DNA of 52,429 nt from a virus (IMGVR_UViG_3300037153_000540:1-52429), one strand, 5' to 3'; counted from the stretch's first letter, positions 36,898 to 46,391 are shown. A program made the numbers and translations. Notes: generated from the sequence alone by a model not told the origin.

Positions 36898-38084
36898 GCG
36901 TCCAGCTGCTGGTCACGGACAAGGACCTGGTCGTGCAGGGCGATCCTCTCGATGGCTGGACGGACCTGTCGAGCACGCTCACGTTCAACGAGCCCGGTCC
37001 CGGGCAAGTCACGCTGCCCGCCTATCCGGAGGTCATGGAGCAGCTCCAGCCGGGGAACCGGATGGTCGTCATCCGGGACGGCGGCATCTGGTCGGCCGGG
37101 CCGCTCGAGATACCGCAGGACTTCTCGTGGGGTGTCGGCGGGGATGTGTCCGAGCCGGATCCCGGAAAGGTCACGGTGAGCTTCGCTGACGACCTCGCGC
37201 GGATCGCCGGATATCTGACCTACCCCAACCCGGCGGCGGCGTTCTCCGCGCAGGTGACCGCCACGGACAATGTGTACGCGCTGACCGCGACGAACGCTGA
37301 GACGATCATCCGGACACTGGTCAACCTGAACTGCGGTCCGGGAGCGCTCACAGCGCGGCGCATTGAGAAGCTCGCTCTGGGTGCCGTGGCCGGCGTCGGC
37401 TCGAGCACCTCCATCTCGACGCGGTTCGAGGCGCTGCTCGACGTGTGCCGGACGGTGGCCAGCGGCGACGGGCTCGGTTTCCGTACGCGGCAGGACATGG
37501 CCACCGATCAGATCCTGTTCGAGGTGTACGGACCGGCCGACCGCACGGGCCGCGCGCGGTTCAGCGCTGGCCTCGGCAACCTGCGGAGCGTCTCGTTCAA
37601 GATGTCCGCGCCGACAGCCACCAGTGAGCTGGTCCAAGGCGGTGACACAGGCGCCCGCGCATACGTCGAGGTCACCTCAGGTGCAGACACCGACTGGTAT
37701 CGCGTCGAGAAGCTCGTCGACCAGTCCGGCACCGCCAACGACGTGAACGGCGAACTGACCCAGGCCGGCAATCTCGCGTTCGGCGACGACGGCCCGCAGG
37801 TCACCCTCTCCACGGTCACCGTCGACGTACCGGACGATCCCGGGTACCCCGGGTCAGGGACGATCGCCGGCCGCGACTATGGCCTCGGTGACCGCGTGAC
37901 GATCGTTCTACCGACCGGGCTGGAGGTCGCTGACCTCGTACGGTCTATCACTCTGACCGCGTCCCCCGATTCGGGCGAGCTGGTCACCTCGGTGATCGGC
38001 AGCCAGGACGCGACAACGAACTCGGCCACCGTGAAGGCGGTCCGCGATCTCGCCCGGCGGCTCGGGCGTCTGGAGGCACGATGA
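36894..38084 (+). CDS. Minor tail protein (Gp37-like hub)
   Basis: FNEPG..GRDYGLGDRVT..RRLGRLEAR; synteny. Confidence 0.8.
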   Translation: MSVQLLVTDKDLVVQGDPLDGWTDLSSTLTFNEPGPGQVTLPAYPEVMEQLQPGNRMVVIRDGGIWSAGPLEIPQDFSWGVGGDVSEPDPGKVTVSFADDLARIAGYLTYPNPAAAFSAQVTATDNVYALTATNAETIIRTLVNLNCGPGALTARRIEKLALGAVAGVGSSTSISTRFEALLDVCRTVASGDGLGFRTRQDMATDQILFEVYGPADRTGRARFSAGLGNLRSVSFKMSAPTATSELVQGGDTGARAYVEVTSGADTDWYRVEKLVDQSGTANDVNGELTQAGNLAFGDDGPQVTLSTVTVDVPDDPGYPGSGTIAGRDYGLGDRVTIVLPTGLEVADLVRSITLTASPDSGELVTSVIGSQDATTNSATVKAVRDLARRLGRLEAR

Positions 38085-39010
38085 GCGAGTCGTCCTGGCC
38101 GTCCCCCTCGCACGGGTCCCCGGCGCGGGCGGTGACCGACGCCGAGTACCCGCACCTCGCGCCCTGGGCGAGCGACGGTGTCTTCCAGAGCTCGTCGGAT
38201 GTCGTCTACGGGAACAGTTCCGACCGCGAGGTGCACGTCCGCGCCGGGAAATACGGCATCGTCCAGGGCCACGCCTGGTACTCCGGCGCATCGGACTTCG
38301 TGCTGTCGATCGGAGCGAACACCTCCGGGTCGACGCGCGTCGACACCGTCGTCCTCCGCCTCGATCGCTCCACGTGGGACGTGACCGCGGTCGTACGCGC
38401 GGGCACGCCCGGTGCCGGTGCGCCGTCGCTGCAGCGCGACTCCGGCGACACCGGCCTGTGGGAGATTCCCGTCGCGAACGTCACCGTCGACAACGGTGCC
38501 GCGGTGATCGCCAGCGGGAAGGTGACCGCACGGACCCTTTTCCAGTCCGCCGCTATCCGGCCGTGCACCGTGATCACCGACGTGCAGTCCACCCTCGACG
38601 ACGGCGACATCGTCTATGAGGCACAGGCCGGCCGGTGGATCGGCTGGACCGCCGCCGGCGGCATCGTCCTTTACGAAGACACCGGATGGTCCACGATCGC
38701 AGGCGTCGGGTTCTGGGATCCGACCACGGCGTACGTACCGAAGGTCCGGCGCCGGAACGGCCTGGTCTACATGAAGGGATCCTTCGTCCGCACTGACGAG
38801 CACCTCGTGTCCGGGTCGCCAGCCTCTCCGGTCGCGAACCTGCCCGCCGGCTTCGCGCCCGCCGAGCAACACATCTGGATGGCGTGGACAGCGACCGGTG
38901 GCGCCCGCGCGCAGGTCACCGCCACTGGCGCGCTGCAGGTCGGAGACGTGACCGACACCATCCCCGTCGGGAACGCCCTGTATGTCGACTCGACATGGCT
39001 GGCGCCGTGA
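38081..39010 (+). CDS. Minor tail protein
   Basis: SSWP..RVDTVVLRLD..WEIPVA; YEDTGW..RRRNGLVY..ANLPAGFAP. Confidence 0.8.
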   Translation: MSESSWPSPSHGSPARAVTDAEYPHLAPWASDGVFQSSSDVVYGNSSDREVHVRAGKYGIVQGHAWYSGASDFVLSIGANTSGSTRVDTVVLRLDRSTWDVTAVVRAGTPGAGAPSLQRDSGDTGLWEIPVANVTVDNGAAVIASGKVTARTLFQSAAIRPCTVITDVQSTLDDGDIVYEAQAGRWIGWTAAGGIVLYEDTGWSTIAGVGFWDPTTAYVPKVRRRNGLVYMKGSFVRTDEHLVSGSPASPVANLPAGFAPAEQHIWMAWTATGGARAQVTATGALQVGDVTDTIPVGNALYVDSTWLAP

Positions 39011-39078
39011 TGCCGATCCTGTGCCGCCCGCAGCGGCCCCCCGAGCAGACACCCGAGCACGACGACGAGGAGCGGTAG

Positions 39079-39651
39079 ATGGCACGGCACTGGTTCCTCG
39101 GCGACATGTCCGCCTGGGCGATGGCCCTCGGAGCCGACGAGACCTCGATCGACTCTCAATCCGGCAAACGGTCACTGGTGATCCCGGACGCCTCCATCAC
39201 GTTCTGGACGACACTCGCCGGCGGCACCGGCGACCAGTACGGCGACCTCCTCGACGCGCTCGGCACGCCGATCACCGAGGCCGTCGCCGACGATGACGGG
39301 GAATTCCCTCCGGTTCAGGGCCCGGACGCCAACCCCGATGTCTGGTACATGTACGCCGATGGGGCCGGCGGCGCCGGCCCGCGGCGGATCGTCCTCGCCA
39401 CCGATCTCGGCGACGCACACAACGCACTCGCCGAGATCGTCAATGACCTGTCAGACCAGGTCACCGCGCAGGCCGTGATGATCGGCAACAGTCTCGCCGT
39501 CGTCAACTACGACACCGGGACATCCACATGGCCGACCCGGCCAGCCGGGGACACCCGCCGTTTCGCGTGGATCGGCCCGACCGCCCCGCCGACCGGCGGG
39601 GACTACATGCTCGACAACTACGACATCTACCTCGCCACGACGCCGGTATAG
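39079..39651 (+). CDS. Minor tail / hypothetical protein
   Basis: GAGGAG RBS; tail operon. Confidence 0.7.
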   Translation: MARHWFLGDMSAWAMALGADETSIDSQSGKRSLVIPDASITFWTTLAGGTGDQYGDLLDALGTPITEAVADDDGEFPPVQGPDANPDVWYMYADGAGGAGPRRIVLATDLGDAHNALAEIVNDLSDQVTAQAVMIGNSLAVVNYDTGTSTWPTRPAGDTRRFAWIGPTAPPTGGDYMLDNYDIYLATTPV

Positions 39652-39654
39652 CCG

Positions 39655-40620
39655 ATGCCGCTCGTACAGATCTATCTCGCATCCGGCGGCCGGCTGCTCC
39701 CGCTGGCCGGCGGCCCGGCGATCATCCCGCCGGATGCTGGCGGCGGGGGCGGCGGTGGCCCGGTCGGTGACGTCACGACGATGCTCGTCGGCGCGGCCAG
39801 CGCGAACCTGTCCGGCTCCGACTTCGCCGACCTCGACGCTGCGGCTGGGCCGTTCACCTGCCGACGCTCCTATGACAGCGCACTCCCGGCCACGTTCGCG
39901 GCGAGCGTTGCCGGGATGGACGTCGGGCAGCGCGCGTCGATCTGGTCGTGCAAACCGGACCTGACGGCGCTCGCGGACGGCGACCTCGACGGGCAGATCC
40001 GCGCGTTCGTCGCGAGTATCCCCACCACCCACGTGGCATGGCTGACGTGCTGGCATGAGCCGGACCACAAGATCAGGTCGAGTGATTTCCCCGGCTTCAC
40101 GCTGGCCGCCTACCTGCCCGCGTTCCGCCGCTGGTGCCAGGTCGTCAAGGACGCCGCCGAGGAGTTCGGCCGGCCGCACGTCTACACCACGCAGATCGTG
40201 GAGGCGTGGTCCGGGCAGACACCTCAGGCCGGGACGACGCTCGCGGACATGTGGCCGGGCAACGGCACGGACGGCCTTCCGCTCGTGGACTGCTACGGCG
40301 TCGACGGCTACTCCAACACGGGCACGGGCGCGGCGTTGTGGGGGCCGTCGGTGGACTTCGCCAAGAGCAAGGGTGTGCCGTGGGGGATCGCTGAGATCGG
40401 CTGCGGGACGGCGATCGATACGTCGTGGATGGCCGCTCAGGCGGCGTACGCGGCCACGCACGCGGCGGGCGGCCGCCACACGAAGGCCGCCTACTTCTGC
40501 TGGTTCTCGAACGCCACGGGTGGTGTGATCCCGACGCCCGGCACGGACTCGGCGATGCTCGCCGCCGCGCACACGATCAGCCAGACCTACTGGGCCGACT
40601 TCAACAGCTTCGTTCTCTAG
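39655..40620 (+). CDS. Glycoside hydrolase-like (GH26/clan GH-A) tail-associated protein
   Basis: WHEPD acid/base motif, GVDGY, WGIAEIG nucleophile motif, YFCWF. Confidence 0.65.
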   Translation: MPLVQIYLASGGRLLPLAGGPAIIPPDAGGGGGGGPVGDVTTMLVGAASANLSGSDFADLDAAAGPFTCRRSYDSALPATFAASVAGMDVGQRASIWSCKPDLTALADGDLDGQIRAFVASIPTTHVAWLTCWHEPDHKIRSSDFPGFTLAAYLPAFRRWCQVVKDAAEEFGRPHVYTTQIVEAWSGQTPQAGTTLADMWPGNGTDGLPLVDCYGVDGYSNTGTGAALWGPSVDFAKSKGVPWGIAEIGCGTAIDTSWMAAQAAYAATHAAGGRHTKAAYFCWFSNATGGVIPTPGTDSAMLAAAHTISQTYWADFNSFVL

Positions 40621-40629
40621 GAGGCCACA

Positions 40630-41679
40630 GTGTCAGTAGCGCTGCGCGGCAGCAGCTCGGCAGCGGTCGGCACGAACACGCTGACCCTCACCATCCCCAG
40701 CAGCGTCCAAGCCGGCGACGCGCTGTTCATCATCGCGGGCTGCGGCGACGCAGGTGTGGCGTGGGCAACCCCCGCCGGGTGGACGCTCGTCGAGCGCCGC
40801 TCGCGTGACACGTCCACGACCGGCATGATGGCCGCGATCTTCAAGAAGGTCGCGACGTCCGGAGATGCCTCCGCCTCGGTGGTGCTCACCGCATCCACCA
40901 CCGCGCACTCCGCCGGCATGGTCATCGCCTACTCCGGTACCGACATCGTCGACCCCGTGCACGTATGGGCAGGGTTCACCGAGTCTTCCGGCTCGGCGAT
41001 CAACACGCATGCGCTGCCGTCGGTGACAACGACGCTGGCCAACTGCATGATCTTCTCGGGCATCGTGGGCAAGGACTCGGCGACGACGGCGTGGACGATG
41101 CCGGCCGGGTACACGAAAGAGATCGACGTCTACTTCGCCCAGTCCGGGCGGACGACCGGCGCGATCGGCGACAAGGGGCCCGTCGCGATCGGCACGTACA
41201 ACCCCGGCAACGCCACCCAGGACGGCGCGAGCAAATACGCGTTCGCGTGGACGATCGCCGTCGCTCCGTTCTCCGCGACCCAGACCGTCCGGCCGGTCCT
41301 CGACAAGACCGTCACCAGCACGGTCGGTGTGCCGACACCCGGCGGCGGCTCGGACATCTCCTCCGACGTCGCCGCGAACGACGACACGCACTACGCCGAG
41401 CTGAGCAACTCCGGAGTCTACGAGTGCCTGTTCTCCAGCCTCGTCGACCCGGCGTCTAGCTCGGGGCACACGATCCGGTACCGTCTCGCGTTCGGCGGCG
41501 GCGCGACAGCGGGATCGTCCTCGACCACACTCCGCCAGGGCTCTACGGTCATCGCGACCTGGACCGATACCGCGACCGGCAGCTTCGGGGACTTCACACA
41601 CACGCTCACCGGCACGCAGGCCGACGCGATCACAGACTACTCGGATTTGAGAGTGAGATTTTCTGCCACAGTCTCTTGA
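40630..41679 (+). CDS. Thr/Ser-rich minor tail / receptor-binding-like protein
   Basis: TIPSSVQAGD..TPAGWT..; ends DYSDLRVRFSATVS in low-GC codons. Confidence 0.75.
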   Translation: MSVALRGSSSAAVGTNTLTLTIPSSVQAGDALFIIAGCGDAGVAWATPAGWTLVERRSRDTSTTGMMAAIFKKVATSGDASASVVLTASTTAHSAGMVIAYSGTDIVDPVHVWAGFTESSGSAINTHALPSVTTTLANCMIFSGIVGKDSATTAWTMPAGYTKEIDVYFAQSGRTTGAIGDKGPVAIGTYNPGNATQDGASKYAFAWTIAVAPFSATQTVRPVLDKTVTSTVGVPTPGGGSDISSDVAANDDTHYAELSNSGVYECLFSSLVDPASSSGHTIRYRLAFGGGATAGSSSTTLRQGSTVIATWTDTATGSFGDFTHTLTGTQADAITDYSDLRVRFSATVS

Positions 41680-42377
41680 TGCGGGCAATAGCCGTAGAAC
41701 CCGTAGGCAGAATTGCAGTTATGGCACAAGACTCGAAACCCTTCAGGGAAACCGTTGTCTCGCAGCCACCTATAGAAACCAGCCCCGACGCCTATCCCTT
41801 GTGCGCGCAATTGCTTGCGATGCTCCGCGCCGTCGCCGTTAATGTGATCTATCGCAAGGAACTGGATGGTCGTCTCTGCGCAGCACACGCAGACAGGGCC
41901 GCCGTACGCGGCGAACACGTCGGCGCGCAGCTCTTGGTGGCGTTTGCGGGCGCGCTGGTTCCGCAGGTCCTTGTGTTCTCTGTTCCACTTGTTGATGCGC
42001 TCACGGACCGAAGGATCCGCACGGTACTGCTCGCGGCGACGTTGGCGTGATCGTTCGCGGGTGGCATCCTTGCGGGCCTGGCGTTCCAACTCTCGCTGCT
42101 CCAGATAAGCGGCGTACTCCTCAGGAGTTCTTCCTTTGAGGCGTCTGCGCTCTTTGCGGGCCTCGACCATGCATGCATCGGAGCAGTAGTTCTTGCTGCG
42201 CGATCTCATTAGTGGTGTTGAGCACCAAAGACAATTCGTTACTTTAAGGGTCGCTCGGCCTCGCCTACGCCGCGCCTCCTGGATGCACTTCTTAGAGCAG
42301 AAACGTTTGATTGATCTGCCGCTGATTTGGTCGCCGCATACTTCGCATTGCCGCTCTTCGGGAGGCGTTTCCTGCAT
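41637..42377 (-). CDS. HNH-like homing endonuclease, antisense to the tail operon
   Basis: CEVCG..FCSKKC, CLWC..YCSDAC; CVCC..LAIDHINGDG..VLCHNCN; low GC. Confidence 0.88.
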   Translation of the reverse strand: MQETPPEERQCEVCGDQISGRSIKRFCSKKCIQEARRRRGRATLKVTNCLWCSTPLMRSRSKNYCSDACMVEARKERRRLKGRTPEEYAAYLEQRELERQARKDATRERSRQRRREQYRADPSVRERINKWNREHKDLRNQRARKRHQELRADVFAAYGGPVCVCCAETTIQFLAIDHINGDGAEHRKQLRAQGIGVGAGFYRWLRDNGFPEGFRVLCHNCNSAYGFYGYCPHQETVAENLTLKSE

Positions 42378-42417
42378 GTGTATAGGATACCAAAATTGCG
42401 GTCACGAAAGATTGCTG

Positions 42418-42462
42418 CACTACTCCGACCTGCGGATCCGTTTTACCGCGACGGTGTCGTAG
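42418..42462 (+). pseudogene. Displaced original 3' end of the gene at 40630
   Basis: HYSDLRIRFTATVS* duplicates DYSDLRVRFSATVS* at 41635-41679. Confidence 0.85.
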
Positions 42463-42765
42463 TTGGCCGCCGTCCTCCGCGTCGCCCAGGTCGCCCTGTT
42501 CACCCCGGCGGCACCGCGGCTGCGCGTCTCGCAGGTCTCGCTGCAGGTCCCCACGCCGCCGACGGGTGGTACGACGGTTCTGCGCGTTTCGCAGGTGAAG
42601 TTCACGGCCCCGGCGCCGCCGCCAGCGGGCGTGCTGCGTGTCTCGCAGGTTCGCCTGTCCGCGCCGCTCGCGCCGGGCAGCATCCCCTACTCCGGCGTGA
42701 TGCAGGCGTCTGGGGGGAACCTGCGGAACGTCCCGATCTGGATCTCCAAGGACGGCGAGCTGTAA
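42463..42765 (+). CDS. Small tail protein with LRVSQV repeats
   Basis: Four LRV(A/S)QV repeats. Confidence 0.65.
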   Translation: MAAVLRVAQVALFTPAAPRLRVSQVSLQVPTPPTGGTTVLRVSQVKFTAPAPPPAGVLRVSQVRLSAPLAPGSIPYSGVMQASGGNLRNVPIWISKDGEL

Positions 42766-42807
42766 CCGGACGCCGCATTTGCACCGTCGGAATAGGAGCG
42801 TGAGGCG

Positions 42808-43074
42808 TTGGTCTGGTCTTGGTCCCAGCTCGGCCCGGCCGGCCTGCTCGCCCTGGCCGTCGGTTTGATCCTCGGCGGCTGGCTGGTGCCACGCCGCTCA
42901 CTCCGCGATGCACAGGAGCAGCGCGACAAATGGGAGGCGGCATGGCGGGAATCATCGGCGCTGTCCCGGGAGCTGTCCGCGCAGGTCGCCGAGCTGAAAG
43001 AGGTGGGCCATACGACGACGGCGCTGCTGCAGTCGATCGTGTCGGCGGCCGAGCGTCCGGGGAAGGCGAGCTGA
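42808..43074 (+). CDS. Membrane protein of the lysis region
   Basis: AGGAG RBS; one TM then GWLVPRR..WEAAW coiled coil. Confidence 0.75.
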   Translation: MVWSWSQLGPAGLLALAVGLILGGWLVPRRSLRDAQEQRDKWEAAWRESSALSRELSAQVAELKEVGHTTTALLQSIVSAAERPGKAS

Positions 43075-43259
43075 TGCGGTGGTCGTGGCGGCGCAGGAAC
43101 GGCCACCGGGCCGATGAGGCGCTGGCGGAGTCCCGTGAGCAGCGGGCGGCCGCACAGGCGCAGCGCGCCGAGGTCGAGGGCATCGCCGACAGGCTGAAGC
43201 GGATGCGGGAGGCGAACCACTTCGCGGAGTCCGTGCGGCGCGCATTGGAGGGGCGTTGA
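43074..43259 (+). CDS. Small hypothetical protein
   Basis: MRWSWRRR..REANHFAESV. Confidence 0.7.
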   Translation: MRWSWRRRNGHRADEALAESREQRAAAQAQRAEVEGIADRLKRMREANHFAESVRRALEGR

Positions 43260-43561
43260 TCCACCTGATCGGCAACATCGCCGTGTGGGTGGCGCTTGCC
43301 GCGAGTGCGGGGTTCTGCGGCCTGTACGCGTGCGTGCCGTGGCGGCGCAGTGTCGAGGGCTGGCATCTGATGACGTTCACCGGCGTGCTGGCCGGCGCGT
43401 TCGCGTGGATCGCCTACCGGCAGACCACAGCGCGCACGCTGGCGTTGCCGGCGGCGGAGGAGCGCGCCCGCACGCTGATCCTGAGCGCGCTGGCGCTGCT
43501 GCTGGTGTGGCGGTTCCTGCTGTTGATCCGCGCCCAGACACGACGAAGGAGGAAGCGATGA
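43256..43561 (+). CDS. Three-TM putative holin
   Basis: Three hydrophobic segments; PWRRSVEGWHLM; basic C-terminus. Confidence 0.7.
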   Translation: MIHLIGNIAVWVALAASAGFCGLYACVPWRRSVEGWHLMTFTGVLAGAFAWIAYRQTTARTLALPAAEERARTLILSALALLLVWRFLLLIRAQTRRRRKR

Positions 43562-43674
43562 CCGAACCTCTGCCCCCGAACCGGCCCGGCATGGCCGGGC
43601 CGCAGCCGGACGACCCGGATCAGGCCGACGTCAATCAGACGCCCGAGCCGGATGTCGGTGAGGACACCCCGTGA
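43558..43674 (+). CDS. Small acidic Pro-rich peptide
   Basis: AGGAGG RBS; overlaps at both ends. Confidence 0.45.
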   Translation: MTEPLPPNRPGMAGPQPDDPDQADVNQTPEPDVGEDTP

Positions 43675-44165
43675 GCGCGCGCACGATGCTCGCGAGGGCG
43701 GCGAGCCAGATCGGCGTGGCCGAGCGCCTGGACGGGTGGACGCCGTACGGGCAGTGGTACGCCGACCGGCACCATGCCCCCGAGTTCGCGTTCGCGAACT
43801 GGTGCGACATGGGTCTGTCCAAGTGCGCATCCGACGTCGGCGAGGGTGAGGCGTTCGGCGAGTTCGCGTTCACGCCCTGGCACGCCCAATGGTTCGCCGA
43901 TCAGGGCGAGTGGCATCCGACCGGCCCGCTGCCCGGTGACGCCGCGTTCTTCTCCTGGTCGGGCGGCAAGAAGATCGACGACATCGAGCACATCGGCATC
44001 GTGGAGAAGGTGCTGTCGGCCACCACGATCCAGACGATCGAGTTCAACACGTCCGACGCCGTGCGCCGCCGTACGCGCTGGCGCGGGTACGTCGTCGGCT
44101 ACGGCCGGCCCGCGTACGGCGTGATGCTCGATGACACCGCCATGGTGGTGAGCCTCGGTGCCTGA
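43671..44165 (+). CDS. CHAP-domain endolysin, catalytic domain only
   Basis: YGQWY..NWCDMG..PGDAAFF..HIGIVE..TIEFNT..GYGRPAY. Confidence 0.88.
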   Translation: MSARTMLARAASQIGVAERLDGWTPYGQWYADRHHAPEFAFANWCDMGLSKCASDVGEGEAFGEFAFTPWHAQWFADQGEWHPTGPLPGDAAFFSWSGGKKIDDIEHIGIVEKVLSATTIQTIEFNTSDAVRRRTRWRGYVVGYGRPAYGVMLDDTAMVVSLGA

Positions 44166-45186
44166 GGGGATCGACTACGCGTTCGGTCGGCCGTCGATCG
44201 CCGCGCTGAAGGCGGCCGGTGTCAAGTTCGTCTGCCGGTACCTGTCGCACAGCCCGACCAAGAACCTCACGCCCGACGAGGCGCAGGCGCTGTCGGACGT
44301 GGGGATCTGGATCGTCGTCGTCTGGGAGACCACGGCACGGCGCGCGCTGGACGGCTACGCGGGCGGCTCCCTGGACGCGCTGGAGGCGCGCAGGCAGGCG
44401 GAGGCGTGCGGGATGCCCGCGGGCCGGCCGATCTACTTCGCCGTCGACTGGGACGCCCAACCCGGCCAGCAGGCCGCGATCAACGGCTACCTCGACGGCG
44501 CGGCGTCCGTGCTCGGCCGTGGCCAGGTCGGGATCTACGGCGGCTACGAGCCGGTGTCGCGGGCACTCGCGGGCGGGCATGCGGCCTGGGCGTGGCAGAC
44601 GTACGCCTGGTCGGGCGGCCGCTGGAATCCCGGCGCGCAGCTGCAGCAGTACAGCAACGATCACACGCTCGGAGGAGTCGCCTGCGACTACGACCGGGCG
44701 GTCACGAGCGACTTCGGGCAGTGGCGCGTCGGCGTCACTCCTGCCAGCGAGGAGGACGATATGGCGGTAGTTAGTTCGCTCGGCGCTGATGGCGAGCAGG
44801 TCATCAAGGCCGGCGCGCACGGCGACGTGAAGTTCACCAAGGAGTACACCGACCGGCACCACCTGCACGGCGAGAACGGTGTGAGCGTCGTTATCGCGTC
44901 CGCTGAGTACTGGTGCATCCCGTCGGCGCTGTTCGAACTGCACGGCCTCAGCGCGGGCGATCGCCTCGACGTCGCGTGGACGCGGGTCAAGGACGACGGG
45001 ACGTACCTCGATGACGCCTGGCGGCGCACGTACACCGCCGACGAGAAGGGCGTGATCCGAGACGAGCTGGGCGGGCAGTTCAGCGTGGACGCGTCGAACC
45101 GGGTACGGCTGCGGGTCTACAACGGCACCGCCGTGGACGTGACCGTGTGGTCCTGCATGGCGAAGGCGTCACTCCTGAAGTTCTGA
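44158..45186 (+). CDS. DUF1906 (Rv2525c-like) glycoside hydrolase endolysin with C-terminal domain
   Basis: GIDY..FVCRYLS..KNLT..VVVWE..PIYFAVD..GIYGG..WQTYAWSGG. Confidence 0.88.
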   Translation: MPEGIDYAFGRPSIAALKAAGVKFVCRYLSHSPTKNLTPDEAQALSDVGIWIVVVWETTARRALDGYAGGSLDALEARRQAEACGMPAGRPIYFAVDWDAQPGQQAAINGYLDGAASVLGRGQVGIYGGYEPVSRALAGGHAAWAWQTYAWSGGRWNPGAQLQQYSNDHTLGGVACDYDRAVTSDFGQWRVGVTPASEEDDMAVVSSLGADGEQVIKAGAHGDVKFTKEYTDRHHLHGENGVSVVIASAEYWCIPSALFELHGLSAGDRLDVAWTRVKDDGTYLDDAWRRTYTADEKGVIRDELGGQFSVDASNRVRLRVYNGTAVDVTVWSCMAKASLLKF

Positions 45187-45288
45187 CGAACCGCCATCGA
45201 TCAACTCTCGGTTGAGAGTTCGAACCCTTTCCAAATCGGAAACACTTCGCCCGGCCAGCGCGCCGGGCTTCGTCATGCCAGGAGTCCG

Positions 45289-46002
45289 ATGAGCTGCAAA
45301 CTGCTGCGTGTTCTCCGGCCAAAGTCCGGAATCTACGTGGTCAACAAGTCCACGCTCGTCGCCGACGCGGACGTGCGCCGCTGGTCGGCCGCGTGCGCCC
45401 GTCAGATCCGCGAGCACGTCGCCCCGGCGTACGGCCGGGCGCCGGTTAAGGTCGCGTTCCTGTCGGGCGCCAGCCACGCTCCTGCGGGCTCGTGGGTCAT
45501 CACCGTGCTGGACGACGCCGACCAGGCCGGGGATCTCGGCTGGCACACCGAGGACGCCGCAGGCCGGATCTACGGCCGTGTGTTCGCCCGGCCGTGCCTC
45601 GACTACGGCGTGCCGGTGTCGACGACGCTGTCGCACGAGATCGTCGAGACGTACTGCGACCCGGACGTCGACCAGTGGCGCGACACCGGACGCGGCTACG
45701 CCGTCGCGTACGAGGCGTGTGACCCGGTCGAGAGCTGGTCGTACGGCATCGATGGTGTGGACGTCAGCGACTTCGTGACGCCCGGCTGGTACGTGCGCGG
45801 CCACGGCCGGACGCACTGGATGCTCGGCGTCGATCTCGCCCCGTTCGAGCTCGGCTCGGGCGGCTACGTCGTACGGCGCTGGCCGGACGGCAGCGAAGAC
45901 CAGGAGTTCGGCACACGCGCGAACCGCGCCTACATCGCCGCGAAGCGGCACGCACTCGGCCGCGCCGACCGGCGCGTGACCACCAAGGAGACAACCCGAT
46001 GA
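45289..46002 (+). CDS. Putative zincin-like metalloprotein
   Basis: DDADQAGDLGWH, TLSHEIVETYCDP, YEACDPVE, VSDFVTP. Confidence 0.6.
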   Translation: MSCKLLRVLRPKSGIYVVNKSTLVADADVRRWSAACARQIREHVAPAYGRAPVKVAFLSGASHAPAGSWVITVLDDADQAGDLGWHTEDAAGRIYGRVFARPCLDYGVPVSTTLSHEIVETYCDPDVDQWRDTGRGYAVAYEACDPVESWSYGIDGVDVSDFVTPGWYVRGHGRTHWMLGVDLAPFELGSGGYVVRRWPDGSEDQEFGTRANRAYIAAKRHALGRADRRVTTKETTR

Positions 46003-46391
46003 AGAACTTCCTGCTGAGATACCCGGCGGCGGTGCTGCTGGGTCTGTCGACGCTGCTGCAGATGCTCGTCGCGTTCGGCTGGGACCTGTCCGACGGGCAG
46101 ACCGGCGCGATCAACGCGATCGCCGCCGCGGCGTTCGGTGTGGCCACGGCCGCCGTCCTCGCCCACGACCGGCTCCTGCCCGCGATCCTCGGCTTCGGCC
46201 AGGCGCTCGCCACGCTGTTCATCGCGTTCGGCGCACACCTCACGGACGCCCAGGTGTCGACCGCGCTGGCGCTGCTCGCCGCGGTGGCGACGCCGCTGAT
46301 CGGCGCGTTCGTCCACACTCAGGCCACGGCCGCGCTCGACAAGCATGGGAACCGCGTCCCACGGCGCGCGATGTTCACGCTGGCCGCCTAA
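45999..46391 (+). CDS. Holin-like multi-TM protein
   Basis: Four hydrophobic segments; duplicated LSDGQ/LTDAQ repeat. Confidence 0.75.
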   Translation: MKNFLLRYPAAVLLGLSTLLQMLVAFGWDLSDGQTGAINAIAAAAFGVATAAVLAHDRLLPAILGFGQALATLFIAFGAHLTDAQVSTALALLAAVATPLIGAFVHTQATAALDKHGNRVPRRAMFTLAA

